Source of the DNA: a virus
Lineage: Duplodnaviria > Caudoviricetes
Virus record (IMG/VR): IMGVR_UViG_3300035126_000079
Span: 1-63,304 of that record
Length of the DNA stretch: 63,304 nucleotides
Reading direction: 5' to 3' (one strand)
The position numbers and the translations under genes are program-made. The notes under the pieces were generated by a model. The model was given only the letters and a program-made list of their open reading frames with translations, was not told the DNA's origin and ran no database searches. Each line of letters opens with the position of its first letter. Within the stretch, counting starts at the first letter, position 1. Below are positions 1-10,129 of this stretch, piece after piece.

Positions 1-129
1 CCCTACCAGAACAACTGTCCCGCCATCAAGAGGCTTGGGGCAATGACAACTCCCGTGCTCGTGGTGTGTATTTTGAGAACACAGCTACCGGTGAAAAGAT
101 TATCTACGTGCGCGGTTCTAGCGCGGGTG
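1..129. repeat. Terminal direct repeat, left copy (circular assembly overlap)
   Basis: 4-129 is identical to 63179-63304 (126 bp). Position 3 (C) versus 63178 (T) is a synonymous CTA/TTA Leu difference. Confidence 0.95.
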
Positions 130-3100
130 ACTTCCAAGGTATCAATAACACCACAGTACTGCATGAGTTACTGCATGCTGCAACGCAACAAAAACTTGAG
201 CTAGCTCTTCTTGCGGTTCAACGTGGGTTCTCAGGTGACGCTAAGTTAACTCGTGCGTACAACAAACTCCTTGACGTGATGAACAACGCAAAGGATGAGT
301 ACAACCGACTGTCTAACTTGGGCGAACTGCCCACGGATATTTACTATCTGAAGACTGTGTCTGGTGTGTTTAGCAACCCGCACGAGTTTGTTTCTTACGG
401 CATGACCGACCCCTATTTTCAAAAGTTCCTGATGGGCGCTTATGGCTTTGAGGAAGACACAGGTCTGTTCAACCAATTTGTAGACGCAATCCGTGAACTG
501 CTTGGCATGGGGCTTGACTCCATCAATGCTCTGTCTGACTTAATTCTTGTTACGGATGAAATCTTGACGGCTAAGCTGACGCCGACAATGAAGATGATTG
601 TTAAGGCTGACAAAGCCAACGCAGTCCGTGAAGGTCGTGGCGAGAAAGTTTCTGCGTCTAAAGCTAAAGCTAAGGCCAACGCCAACGCTAAAAAGATTAC
701 CGCTGCTGAGAAAAAAATCCTGCGCAGCAAAGAAGCGCAAGATGTAGTCGACGGCATTGACACAATGGTTAAGCTACGCGACCCGCAGATTTTCTTGGAC
801 ACTCTTGCGTCTATGTGGTACGGGCTAAACGTAACAAAACTAAAAGCGTTGATGCCTTCTATTCAAACCAACATATTGGCTGAGTGGGGCACTAATCTTG
901 GCATTAAACACATGGACAAAACATGGCGTGCAATGGAAGATATGAGTGCTATGCGCATGAAGATGCTTGGTGGTGCTTCAGATGTAGTAAACAAATGGCT
1001 TAATGTACAACCCGGTTTGTACGGCAAACTTATTAAAGGCAAGAAGAATGAACTTGCTGAATTATCTGCTGTGATGCACTACGCCACGGACAAGAGCATT
1101 GACCCTGCTACAAACAAGAAAGACGCTACACTTAACAAGATGTGGGATGGCCTGAGCGATACAGCCAAAGAAATCTACGTTGATGTGCGCGACTACTATA
1201 AATCTAACTTTGACTTGTACCGCTTGTTGCTCAATGCCCGCATAGATGCAATGAAGATCCCCGGTGATGCCGCTGACCCTGATACACCCAAGGGCAAGCT
1301 AATGGCTGAGATTAAGAAGATGTACGAGACGGCTAAGGGTCTATCTCCATACTTCCCATTGATGCGTTACGGTGACTACTGGTTGCGTGTTGGCTCTGGC
1401 AAAAAGAAAGAGTTCTACATGTTTGAGAGCGTAGCCGACCGTGAATTGTTTATGCGTCAGCGTGTTCGTGACTTACAAAAAGAAGGTGACACCCGCAGTC
1501 TGTCTGAGATGAAGGCCGATGAGGATATTGAAACCGGCAACGACTTAAAAGGTTTGCGCGATAAAAGTACGACTAACGACACTGCGCCTTTACTAAAACA
1601 AATCTTTGAGTTGATTGGTGACGGCATGAGTGAAGTCGATGCCGAGGCGCTTAAGGATCAAATCTATCAGTTGTACTTGACTACGATGCCGGAGCAGAGT
1701 TTCCGTCGTCAGTTTATCCATCGTAAAGGCACTGCTGGTTTCTCGGGTGACGCACTGCGCAACTTTATTACGTCTTCCACCAATATGGCCAACCAACTTT
1801 CGCGGTTAAAGTACGGCCCAGTAATGCTTCGTGAAGTTGATGCTGCCAAAGAAAGTCTCAAGGGCAACCCTGATAAAGATAAATTGGAGATGCTGGTCAA
1901 CGAGTTAGGTGAGCGTGTTCAGTTGGATGTTTACCCACCTGCGGTAGATTCTTTTGCGCAAGGTGCGGCTAACGTTGCTAACAAAACAGCGTTCCTGTAC
2001 TTTATGACTTCTGTGAAGACTGCTGTTGTTCAGTTTTCTTCGTTGCCTATTTTTGGCGCACCTGTCCTTATGTCTCGCCACAGTCCCGCCGGTGTAGTTG
2101 CTGAGATGGGCAAAATGATGTTGGTCTTCAACGACGTCGGCGTTATTGATAAAGATGGAAAACTCAGTCAAGTGTCCTTGGCAAACTCCCGTCGCGTTAA
2201 GATGAATGAGGAAGAGCAACGGGCTATTGAAGCAATGACAGACCGTGGTGTCAGTGAGATCACGATGGCCTATGATTTGATGGATCGCCGCAAGACTCCG
2301 TCAACTAAATACTCTGGTGCGTGGAAGACTGCAACTAACATGATGGGTGGCTTGTTCCACCACGTTGAGCGTTTGAACCGTGAAGTCATGTTTATGACCT
2401 CGTTCCGTTTGAGCCGTAAGCCCGGGCCAAATCAACTATCTTTTGATGACGCGGTCGAACAAGCGGTTAAGGATACTTACGATGCTCTTGGTAACTTCTC
2501 TGAGCAAAACCGTCCACGCATGATGCGCGGCCCAGCCGGTCGTACGCTATTGCAATTTAAGACTTTCCCTCTTTTCGTAACTACATACCTAACCCGTAAT
2601 GGCTATCGTGCTATGGCTGGTATGGATGCGGCGGCTAAGAAAGAAGCGGCTACTCAATTGTTTGGCACTTTGTTTATGTCTGGCTTGTTAGCTGGCTACG
2701 TTGGTGTCCCGGGTATCAGTGCGGCTATGGGTGCTATCCAAGGCATTATCAATTCAATGCGCGATGAAGATGATGAAGACCCGTTAGAAGAGCGCGACCT
2801 TGAGTTCTGGTTCCGCAGTGTGTTTATTCCTGAGTTCTTTGGTGAAGCTCAGATTGGTGGAAACAAAATCAGTGACATCATTGACTCCGGTTTGATTGAC
2901 ACTATCTCGGGCTACAACATGTCTAATAGCTTGTCGATGAATAACATGTGGTTCCCAGACTTAAAAGAGCAACGCACTCTTGAAGACACAGTGCGGGAAT
3001 ACGCATTGTCGTTGGCAGGGCCGTTTGCTAGTTTGACATTAAATCAAATACCTTCAGCTATCCGGCTACTGCAAGAGGGTAAAACCATGCAAGGCTTGGA

Positions 3101-3587
3101 AAGACTTCTCCCCGCCGCTTTGCGTCAGCCGTTGACTGCGGTTCGGTATAGCGAAGAAGGTGCTACAACAAGTACAGGCGCGGTTATTAGAGAGCCTGAA
3201 GAGTTTACAAAGGCGCAACTACTTGCTCAAGCAGCCGGTGCACGGACTACAGGTTTGGCCTCTGCGCAAGAAGCTAACTTCAAAGCCAACGCACTTAAAG
3301 CTAAAGTGATAATTGAAAAAGGCAAGCTCGTTAATCGTGTTGACCTAGAAGCTACACGAGGCGATGACGAAGCCTTTGATGACGCACTGGAAAAACTAAT
3401 CGCGTTTGGTGCGCGTAACCCACAAGCTAGGATTGATGGTGCAGATTTGAGCAAGTTAGTTCAAGCGCGTATATCTAAGCGTGCTAAGGCCGATCGTGGG
3501 TTTGATGTGGACAAGAAGTTCTACCCATACTTGGAACAGTTGCTTGAATCCTCTCGTGAGAAGCTCGAAAGAGAAGCGGCGAAATAA
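3..3587 (+). CDS. C-terminal part of a giant polyvalent virion/ejection protein (zincin metallopeptidase + PLxRFG domain); begins at 60478
   Basis: In frame with the ORF from 60478 across the repeat. VLHELLH zincin motif at 162-176 with downstream HEFVSYGMTDP; YFPLMRYGDY (PLxRFG-type) at ~1356. Confidence 0.8.
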   Translation, partial: LPEQLSRHQEAWGNDNSRARGVYFENTATGEKIIYVRGSSAGDFQGINNTTVLHELLHAATQQKLELALLAVQRGFSGDAKLTRAYNKLLDVMNNAKDEYNRLSNLGELPTDIYYLKTVSGVFSNPHEFVSYGMTDPYFQKFLMGAYGFEEDTGLFNQFVDAIRELLGMGLDSINALSDLILVTDEILTAKLTPTMKMIVKADKANAVREGRGEKVSASKAKAKANANAKKITAAEKKILRSKEAQDVVDGIDTMVKLRDPQIFLDTLASMWYGLNVTKLKALMPSIQTNILAEWGTNLGIKHMDKTWRAMEDMSAMRMKMLGGASDVVNKWLNVQPGLYGKLIKGKKNELAELSAVMHYATDKSIDPATNKKDATLNKMWDGLSDTAKEIYVDVRDYYKSNFDLYRLLLNARIDAMKIPGDAADPDTPKGKLMAEIKKMYETAKGLSPYFPLMRYGDYWLRVGSGKKKEFYMFESVADRELFMRQRVRDLQKEGDTRSLSEMKADEDIETGNDLKGLRDKSTTNDTAPLLKQIFELIGDGMSEVDAEALKDQIYQLYLTTMPEQSFRRQFIHRKGTAGFSGDALRNFITSSTNMANQLSRLKYGPVMLREVDAAKESLKGNPDKDKLEMLVNELGERVQLDVYPPAVDSFAQGAANVANKTAFLYFMTSVKTAVVQFSSLPIFGAPVLMSRHSPAGVVAEMGKMMLVFNDVGVIDKDGKLSQVSLANSRRVKMNEEEQRAIEAMTDRGVSEITMAYDLMDRRKTPSTKYSGAWKTATNMMGGLFHHVERLNREVMFMTSFRLSRKPGPNQLSFDDAVEQAVKDTYDALGNFSEQNRPRMMRGPAGRTLLQFKTFPLFVTTYLTRNGYRAMAGMDAAAKKEAATQLFGTLFMSGLLAGYVGVPGISAAMGAIQGIINSMRDEDDEDPLEERDLEFWFRSVFIPEFFGEAQIGGNKISDIIDSGLIDTISGYNMSNSLSMNNMWFPDLKEQRTLEDTVREYALSLAGPFASLTLNQIPSAIRLLQEGKTMQGLERLLPAALRQPLTAVRYSEEGATTSTGAVIREPEEFTKAQLLAQAAGARTTGLASAQEANFKANALKAKVIIEKGKLVNRVDLEATRGDDEAFDDALEKLIAFGARNPQARIDGADLSKLVQARISKRAKADRGFDVDKKFYPYLEQLLESSREKLEREAAK

Positions 3588-3614
3588 AAAAACCCCCGGG
3601 GATTAGCCGGGGGT
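3586..3614 (-). terminator. Intrinsic terminator between the convergent arms
   Basis: ACCCCCGG-7nt-CCGGGGGT stem with an A-run on the left, giving a U-tail on the minus strand; lies between convergent stop codons. Confidence 0.7.
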
Positions 3615-3673
3615 AAAAGGAGGGCAACCAAAATAAACCGTCGGCAACTGCTTCCCGACAACTTAAGTTTAGC

Positions 3674-3868
3674 CTAAAGCCTCCACACTCGCAAACCTTT
3701 TATGCCGTCTTCTATGACTACTTTCGTAAGTAGATCCATCTTTAGTCGGCGGGCCACTCGGTCAAGTTCCGCTTTAGCTTTCGCTGTATCAATGCAGGGT
3801 ACAAAAAATGAGTACCCCTTGCGGAACTTAGCCCAGTTGACCTCATAGTGAACTGTCTCGATTTTCAT
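3674..3868 (-). CDS. Small hypothetical protein downstream of primase
   Basis: 64-aa ORF overlapping the primase end; ends GLRVWRL. Confidence 0.65.
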   Translation of the reverse strand: MKIETVHYEVNWAKFRKGYSFFVPCIDTAKAKAELDRVARRLKMDLLTKVVIEDGIKGLRVWRL

Positions 3869-6683
3869 CGGGTGTATCTATGTGAATAAAATCAGACCGA
3901 GACGCATCAAACATCAAGGCACGTACTGCGGGGGACACAACCTTCATGCCCTTAGCCATACGCTTGTTGACTGCTTCTTTAAATACATTAGCCTCTTTTA
4001 ACTCTTTAAGTAAATCTTTGTAGTTAATCTGACGCTGGACGCAAAAGTCTTTAAACGACTTGGCCGCAATCCATAACAGTTTGGTATCCGGCTCGTAGCG
4101 TATAAGCAGTTCACCCTTTGGCTCCATAGTCGGCATAGGGATCATGTTGCTCCGTGCGTCATTCTCACCATTGACAACCAAAGCGTGGTTCATATTGCCG
4201 TTGATAAACTCACCAAGCGTAGAGGCAGGGTTGCTGATTGGGGGCTTAATATCCTCACGCATCTCGCCGAGCATGCCTTTAAGCCAGTCGTACACAGCCT
4301 TCATGTCGTAGTCGTGCAGTTGCAGGTTCTTAGCGATTAGGCCACCGGCAATGTTACAAGCGGCTACGGCTGACCAGAAACGCTCACGCTGTGTGAACTT
4401 AACTTCTTTGTCGAGCTTAGCCTGAATCTTACGCACTAGGTCTTTGGCGTCTTCCAAGTTGTTGACGAGCCACTGAGCGTAGATTTCACCCGCATGCCCA
4501 TAGTTCTCGCGCAGTTGGTGGTCAAACATTTGCTTGCCGACTTGCACGTCAATCAGGTTGTTAGGCTTGATCTCATACTCAAGTAGACGCATGGACTCAC
4601 CATCGGGGGAATCTTTTGCCGCGCCAAGCTTTTGGTAGAAGCTAGCGTTTGAGGACGTTAAGGTCATCCCGTTCCAGCTAGTTAAGTTAACACGCTCTTC
4701 GTTGACCGAGCCACGCATCTTGTTCTTGCCCCGACCCTGCGAGATGCTGTACGACAGGTCAGAGAACTCCATAGGGCTGGTGTTCGTAATCTCGTCAATT
4801 GTGTTGGGCAGGTTGTTCATCACACCAAGCCTGTGCATCTTCGCGTTGAACGTATCCTTCCAAATCGAGGCGTTCTTAACGGGGTGACCCCATACACTGT
4901 TGCACATAAACAACGCTGTCGACTTACCCGAACCTGAGCTACTGTGAATCAAGTTAATGATTGCACCAGACATACCTGTAAATTTCAACAGTGGTGAACC
5001 AAAGGCCGTCAGTGCCGCAAAAGCATGAGGCTCAAGGCCGGGCTGCGCGTACATGTTGAAGACTTCTTTCCACTTCTCAAAGTCACCGTGTTCGTTAAGG
5101 TGCTCGGCTACCGCCTTGGTAATGTGTGAGGGCGGGCTGTAATACACGCCGTCTTTTGTAATCTCTCTATCGCCAAGAATGAACTTGCTGTCGTTATCGA
5201 CCCAACCAAACTGTGTTCTCATAATATCTGCCTTCCGCATAACTTGTAAATTTTTAACTGCTGTAATCACATATACGCACATGAGGTCGACTTGCTTACT
5301 AAACAAGCCCACACCCTTAGACGCTAGTGCTTCCCGCAGTTTGTCTTTTGATGAAAGTACTCCGAGTGGGATTGCAAACTCTTTCATGCCGTCCCTTGGT
5401 AGGTGCAATCGGAATAGCAATGTCTCCCCAATATCGGGGTCTGTTAGCCGCTTGATGATGTATAGATCGTGCTCATACACAAGGTCTGGTTCTGCTTCGT
5501 CAGTTGCGGGTCTGCGGTAGATGCCGCCGTTCTTACCCCTGAAGAATGGGAATGGATACTCAGGTATGCGTACTGTCTCAACCTCACCGTCTTCGGCTTT
5601 GATTACAACATCGTAATCTTTGTCTTCGGCTTCCTCGATCTCCACACCAAGCATGATTGGTGATTTGATCTTGCCCTTGTGTTTACACCCTTCGCAACCC
5701 GTGGGGTTCTGCTTCTCAAAGGTAGCGCAGTGATGCGGCCCACCCGTGCGTTGCAGGTCATCAACTTTGTACTCGGTCTTAAACCGGTCGTAGTCGGGAT
5801 GCTCCGCAGACATTTTGTGTATTGCGGAATCTCGGTCGATGCAAAAAGTTGCAATCGAAAGCGCTGAGCGCCATAAGTTGTAGTCGAGTGTGGCTTGATT
5901 CTCGTAGCAGTGCATCAGTTGGTTGCAACCTTCGCCCTGCGCTGATTTCAGCATTATTGTTTTAAACCGCTTCACCTTATTCTGCATCACCGATTCCATC
6001 AAAGGACTCATGGTGCGCGGTATAAAGTCTGGCCGCTCGTCTTCCGGTTCTGCATCCGGTGCGCCGAGTAGCTCTTTCACTTGTGCGTAGGTCATACGCT
6101 GAGTGACTTCGTTAAGAACCGTTACTTCTACCGGTTCAGCTTTAAAGTTGTATGTGCCGGGGACACGCAGTACTCTGGATGCTTCAAATACAGCAGGGTC
6201 AACAATGAATCCTTGCTCTACGCACAACTCACGAAGGCGGTTTGCAAGGGGTTCCCAATCTGTGCGAGTTATGGTCTCTTCTAGCAACCAGTATGCGTGG
6301 ATGCCGTAGCCTGAACTAACTAAAATCGGTTGTGGTAACCCTACGTTTTTACAGAACTTCTTAAACTCGGCAAGACCTGTGGCTTGGTCAATGTAACCTT
6401 TGATAACTCCCTTTTCATCGGGTACAGCCTTCGTGGGGCCGCAATCAATATCCATCCACAGTGCGCGAACATAGGCAACGTTTTCGTGTGTGCGGTTGTT
6501 GAGCGGGCCGAACTTGGCACAGCCAAAAAACACGTCGAACTTGTTGCTTACTAGCGTCTCAATCTGCTCATTTACTTCTGCTCTTGTATCGTAAAACTTC
6601 TGATCTGGATACTTCCCTAGCCCAAACACACAGTACCGACCCTCTGTGGGTAGTACGGCATCTAGCAGGTCAAAGTGGGACAT
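3843..6683 (-). CDS. DNA primase-helicase (AEP/RepB-like primase + DUF927-like region + P-loop helicase)
   Basis: WMDID, SSGYGIHAYW and RVLRVPGTYN primase motifs; Cys cluster; Walker A SSGSGKST; Walker B-like TIDE. Confidence 0.85.
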   Translation of the reverse strand: MSHFDLLDAVLPTEGRYCVFGLGKYPDQKFYDTRAEVNEQIETLVSNKFDVFFGCAKFGPLNNRTHENVAYVRALWMDIDCGPTKAVPDEKGVIKGYIDQATGLAEFKKFCKNVGLPQPILVSSGYGIHAYWLLEETITRTDWEPLANRLRELCVEQGFIVDPAVFEASRVLRVPGTYNFKAEPVEVTVLNEVTQRMTYAQVKELLGAPDAEPEDERPDFIPRTMSPLMESVMQNKVKRFKTIMLKSAQGEGCNQLMHCYENQATLDYNLWRSALSIATFCIDRDSAIHKMSAEHPDYDRFKTEYKVDDLQRTGGPHHCATFEKQNPTGCEGCKHKGKIKSPIMLGVEIEEAEDKDYDVVIKAEDGEVETVRIPEYPFPFFRGKNGGIYRRPATDEAEPDLVYEHDLYIIKRLTDPDIGETLLFRLHLPRDGMKEFAIPLGVLSSKDKLREALASKGVGLFSKQVDLMCVYVITAVKNLQVMRKADIMRTQFGWVDNDSKFILGDREITKDGVYYSPPSHITKAVAEHLNEHGDFEKWKEVFNMYAQPGLEPHAFAALTAFGSPLLKFTGMSGAIINLIHSSSGSGKSTALFMCNSVWGHPVKNASIWKDTFNAKMHRLGVMNNLPNTIDEITNTSPMEFSDLSYSISQGRGKNKMRGSVNEERVNLTSWNGMTLTSSNASFYQKLGAAKDSPDGESMRLLEYEIKPNNLIDVQVGKQMFDHQLRENYGHAGEIYAQWLVNNLEDAKDLVRKIQAKLDKEVKFTQRERFWSAVAACNIAGGLIAKNLQLHDYDMKAVYDWLKGMLGEMREDIKPPISNPASTLGEFINGNMNHALVVNGENDARSNMIPMPTMEPKGELLIRYEPDTKLLWIAAKSFKDFCVQRQINYKDLLKELKEANVFKEAVNKRMAKGMKVVSPAVRALMFDASRSDFIHIDTPDENRDSSL

Positions 6684-6687
6684 TTAT

Positions 6688-6936
6688 TTATTTCAGTTGG
6701 TGGTGGGCTTTAAGGTGGAGTATGTAATCGCTAATCGCTTGATCGTAGGAATGAAAGGGGACTGAGTCCCCCTTAAACCAATTGTAGATAGTCATTCGGG
6801 TTACCCCAAAGTCATCTGCAATCTTGCTAACGCTTATGTTTTCGCGGATACATACACGACCCAAGGCCACACCCAGAGACTTGACGCTTGCTTTTTTATT
6901 TGCGTGCACCAAGCTCTGGCTATAACCATAGGTCAT
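6688..6936 (-). CDS. HTH (XRE-like) DNA-binding protein
   Basis: SVSKIADDFGVTRMTIYNWFKG helix-turn-helix. Confidence 0.8.
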   Translation of the reverse strand: MTYGYSQSLVHANKKASVKSLGVALGRVCIRENISVSKIADDFGVTRMTIYNWFKGDSVPFHSYDQAISDYILHLKAHHQLK

Positions 6937-6939
6937 GCG

Positions 6940-7860
6940 TTACTCCTCGTCACTCCAAGCCTTCACCACGGAATCCAAATCCTTCTTGGTCACAGGTGCG
7001 GGCGCGGTCTTAGCGGGGCGCTTGATTGGCTCGTCGATTGGGTCAGCTTTTACTTTAGCCATTGCCTTCTCTTCGTCTTCATCAAGCATCTTGCCCATAG
7101 GCTTAGGTGCTTCCAACTTAGCAGGCTTACCTGACATGTCAGCTTGGTATGGTGTCATAACTACCATCTTCAGCACTTCAGGAGTGCTAGCCACTTTGCT
7201 AGTCACAGCGTACTGCGTCTTGTTAATGTACTTAGTCGGCGTAAACAACACAGACTGGTTGTCATTGTCTTCGTTAAAACTAATTTGCGTTATAACGTAG
7301 TCCAAGCTCTTGCCGTTGTTGGACAAGTACTTAGAGTAGTTTTCAAACGTGTGCGTATTATCGCCTACGCTCTCACCAAACAAAGACTTGGATGCCAAGT
7401 TCATTTGGTAGACTGAACCTTCAAGTGATGTACCGAAGTCTTCTTCCAATACAAGCGCAATGCGGCGTGAATAGCGGCAAGCCTTAGAATTACCTTGGCC
7501 TGAGCCTTTGATATTCTGACCGCAACTATCGCAACGATCTGCTTGTGGGTTAGCTGAGCCTGCATCGGGTGCACGCCCATCATTAGAGAAGCAATCAGGT
7601 GCAGTCGGCTCGGCATCAGGACTCCACTGTTTAGCGTAGAAGATACGGCCAACAGCAGGGGATGCGTTAACGATGACGGCATTCACGTTGCCTTTGACCT
7701 TGCCCATCTCTTCGCCGCCGACTGTCTTACGAAAAATGCCATTCTTAGGCACGATGCGTTTGACTCCGGTACGACCTGCGAGTTGTCGTGTAAGGTCGCT
7801 GACTCCTGCTGTTTGCAAGAAATCGGGGAGGTCTTCGTTGAGGATTGTAATGTTACTCAT
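6940..7860 (-). CDS. Putative single-stranded DNA-binding protein
   Basis: Lies in the replication module; CxxC-containing core, flexible tail and acidic C-terminus WSDEE. Confidence 0.55.
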   Translation of the reverse strand: MSNITILNEDLPDFLQTAGVSDLTRQLAGRTGVKRIVPKNGIFRKTVGGEEMGKVKGNVNAVIVNASPAVGRIFYAKQWSPDAEPTAPDCFSNDGRAPDAGSANPQADRCDSCGQNIKGSGQGNSKACRYSRRIALVLEEDFGTSLEGSVYQMNLASKSLFGESVGDNTHTFENYSKYLSNNGKSLDYVITQISFNEDNDNQSVLFTPTKYINKTQYAVTSKVASTPEVLKMVVMTPYQADMSGKPAKLEAPKPMGKMLDEDEEKAMAKVKADPIDEPIKRPAKTAPAPVTKKDLDSVVKAWSDEE

Positions 7861-7862
7861 TT

Positions 7863-8285
7863 TCAGCTTTCTTTAGAACGTCTAACTACCACGGTGTATT
7901 CACTTTCGACATTTAGCCCCTTGGGGTAAAGGTCTGGATTCTCAGCAAGAAAGTCTTTCATGTTTGTTTGATGAAGTCTTTTCTCTAACAGGCCAAATGC
8001 TCCGGTCTCTTCAATAAAACCGTAGATTGAATCCCAATCGTTTGTCCAATACCGTGACTTAATTGAACGCATGATCGTGCCATGTGGGGTGCGAATGCTG
8101 TCGGCATTCATGTCTTTGCATACGTCGAGCATTTCTTGTGCTAACACTTTCATCTGCTCTTCGAGGTCTTGATCTTCGGCTTCAAACACTTTTTTGTTCG
8201 CCGCCCGCTTGTCGCGTATCTTGATATAGATTGAGGTCAATCTGTCCAAGTCTACGGAGGTGACTTTGTCTTCAACTTCTTCCAT
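7863..8285 (-). CDS. Conserved phage replication-module protein (coiled-coil N-terminus)
   Basis: 140-aa ORF with RBS AGGAGA; first gene after the 8434 promoter. Confidence 0.75.
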   Translation of the reverse strand: MEEVEDKVTSVDLDRLTSIYIKIRDKRAANKKVFEAEDQDLEEQMKVLAQEMLDVCKDMNADSIRTPHGTIMRSIKSRYWTNDWDSIYGFIEETGAFGLLEKRLHQTNMKDFLAENPDLYPKGLNVESEYTVVVRRSKES

Positions 8286-8306
8286 CTGATTCTCCTAATA
8301 GTTAAA

Positions 8307-8401
8307 TGTGTTGCAATGACAGTTCACATAAAGCAGTGTGATTGTTTCAAAACATTTACAGTCAGCAACGGCGCTAACCCGTTGCCCATCATTGCAACAC
8401 A
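8307..8401 (-). ncRNA. Candidate structured RNA leader (3-way junction)
   Basis: Perfect 13-bp closing stem 8307-8319/8389-8401 enclosing the GCAACGG/CCGTTGC hairpin and a TCACA/TGTGA hairpin; starts at the predicted TSS. Confidence 0.65.
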
Positions 8402-8406
8402 ACTCT

Positions 8407-8434
8407 AATGTAACACAACATTTGACATTGTCAA
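8407..8434 (-). promoter_or_regulatory. Sigma70-type promoter, 16-bp spacer class
   Basis: TTGACA-16-TACATT with extended TG; the -35 is part of the palindrome TTGACAATGTCAA. Confidence 0.65.
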
Positions 8435-9816
8435 GAGACGTTTAAAAATTCTTCTCTGTACAAATCAATTATTTTGTTATGGTTCGCTACGTTGTTACGC
8501 AACAAAGCATATAAACGCTTCTCCGTTGGGCTTCCGTGTATGTGTACGATAGTCATTGGATTGCGTTGGCCGGGCCTGTCGATGCGTGCGTTTGCTTGCA
8601 GATACGTTTCGACACTGGAGGTGGGAGCGTACCAAATAACAGTGTTAGCCGCAGTCAGTGTTAACCCGTGTGATGCCGCTTGCGGTTGAATAACAAGCAC
8701 TTTAGGGTTATCCCGTGTCTGAAATTCTTTAACAATCTCTGCGCGTCTGTTAGCAGACACAGCCCCGTTAATGACATCGCATGTAATGCCATTCTTAATT
8801 AAGTATTTGGTTAACAACTCAATCGTGTGCGTGAACGGAACAAATACGAGCACCTTGTGGCTTGACTCGTCAATCACTTCCTTAATTACTTTGAGGCGAT
8901 CAGATACATCAAACTCAATCACTTCGCCTGTGTCTGAATACACTGCACCGCCTGAGATTTGCAAGAGCTTGTTGAGCTTTACTGCGGCGTTGATAGCCGT
9001 AATCTCTTCTCCTGCTGCCTCAATTAACATCTGCTTCTTGAGTATGTTGTAGTACTTCATCTGCTGTGGCGAGAGTGGAGCCTCTCTGTCGACTGCTGTA
9101 ACCTCGGGCAAGTCAAGGCAGTCGGCTTTCTCAAACCGAATGGCAGGCTGAAGTATGTTGTGTACAGTTGCTTCCGCAGTGGGCTTAGGTATCCAACGAT
9201 AGTCACTGATCTTGTGCATGACTGAATCGCGGAACTGACCAAAGAAAGGTGATACACCCTTGGGGTTCACGAGCTTTGCCAATCCGTAAGCATCCACAGG
9301 CGACTGAGCCGCTGGCGTACCCGTCAACATCCACAGACCCTTAACCACTTTGGTAATGTCCCGCATGGTTCTCCATCTGTCGGTCTGTGCGTTCTTGTAC
9401 GCAGACGCTTCATCAATCACGATGAGATCAAACCCACCCGCCATGATTTCTTTCTTGACGATCTCAACGCCGTCAAAGTTAATAATGACAAACTCGGCAA
9501 GGCCGTTAATGATTTCTTTGCGCTTCTCTCTTCCACCGTGGGCTACAGCTACTGTGCGATGCAGAGCAAACTTAAAGAGATCTTCTTGCCATGCGGCCTT
9601 CATCACTGACAGTGGGCAGACAATAAGCACTCGGCTAATTACTCCAACTTTCATCAAATAATCCACCGCCCAAATCACTGATGCGGTCTTGCCTGTGCCC
9701 TGCTCATTAAAGCAAAAGCTCTTGCGGTTGCCGATTAAAAATTCGGCGGTGGTCTTCTGATGATCGAACGGGGTGAAGCCGTGTGGTCGCGGCCAGTCAT
9801 ACTCTGATAGTTTCAT
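8431..9816 (-). CDS. SNF2-family (SF2) helicase
   Basis: EQGTGKT, IVIDEAS, LTGTP, HGLTLT and QANARIDRPGQ motifs. Confidence 0.92.
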   Translation of the reverse strand: MKLSEYDWPRPHGFTPFDHQKTTAEFLIGNRKSFCFNEQGTGKTASVIWAVDYLMKVGVISRVLIVCPLSVMKAAWQEDLFKFALHRTVAVAHGGREKRKEIINGLAEFVIINFDGVEIVKKEIMAGGFDLIVIDEASAYKNAQTDRWRTMRDITKVVKGLWMLTGTPAAQSPVDAYGLAKLVNPKGVSPFFGQFRDSVMHKISDYRWIPKPTAEATVHNILQPAIRFEKADCLDLPEVTAVDREAPLSPQQMKYYNILKKQMLIEAAGEEITAINAAVKLNKLLQISGGAVYSDTGEVIEFDVSDRLKVIKEVIDESSHKVLVFVPFTHTIELLTKYLIKNGITCDVINGAVSANRRAEIVKEFQTRDNPKVLVIQPQAASHGLTLTAANTVIWYAPTSSVETYLQANARIDRPGQRNPMTIVHIHGSPTEKRLYALLRNNVANHNKIIDLYREEFLNVS

Positions 9817-10127
9817 TTCTTCTTACGTTCCTTGGCGCTTGTCTCAGTCACCAACTTGTGTTGTGAGTTACGCTTGAACGAGCGGTTGGCCGTTGGGGAT
9901 TGCACCTTCGTGCCATCTTTGTTAGAACCACCCTTGCTCAGCGCCTTGACGTGGGCAATGTCCTTGCCTTCCCTAGAATCAGCTGTGCCATCCTTGTTCT
10001 TATCAGGATTCTTTTTGTCGTACTCATTACGGGCACGCTGACGCTCCATCCGGTCAGGCAACTCGCCACGCTTGACTTGCTGTTCGTATTCCTTTTTATA
10101 AGGTCGGGGTTTGTTTACGTAAGGCAT
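9813..10127 (-). CDS. Small HNH-like endonuclease
   Basis: GKDIAHVKALSKGGSN...NRSF HNH-like signature. Confidence 0.7.
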   Translation of the reverse strand: MPYVNKPRPYKKEYEQQVKRGELPDRMERQRARNEYDKKNPDKNKDGTADSREGKDIAHVKALSKGGSNKDGTKVQSPTANRSFKRNSQHKLVTETSAKERKKK

Positions 10128-10129
10128 AT

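Noticed and set aside
1-129. Terminal repeat as a biological DTR or att site
   Set aside because: It falls mid-gene, keeps the reading frame, and its 126-bp exact length fits an assembler k-mer overlap.
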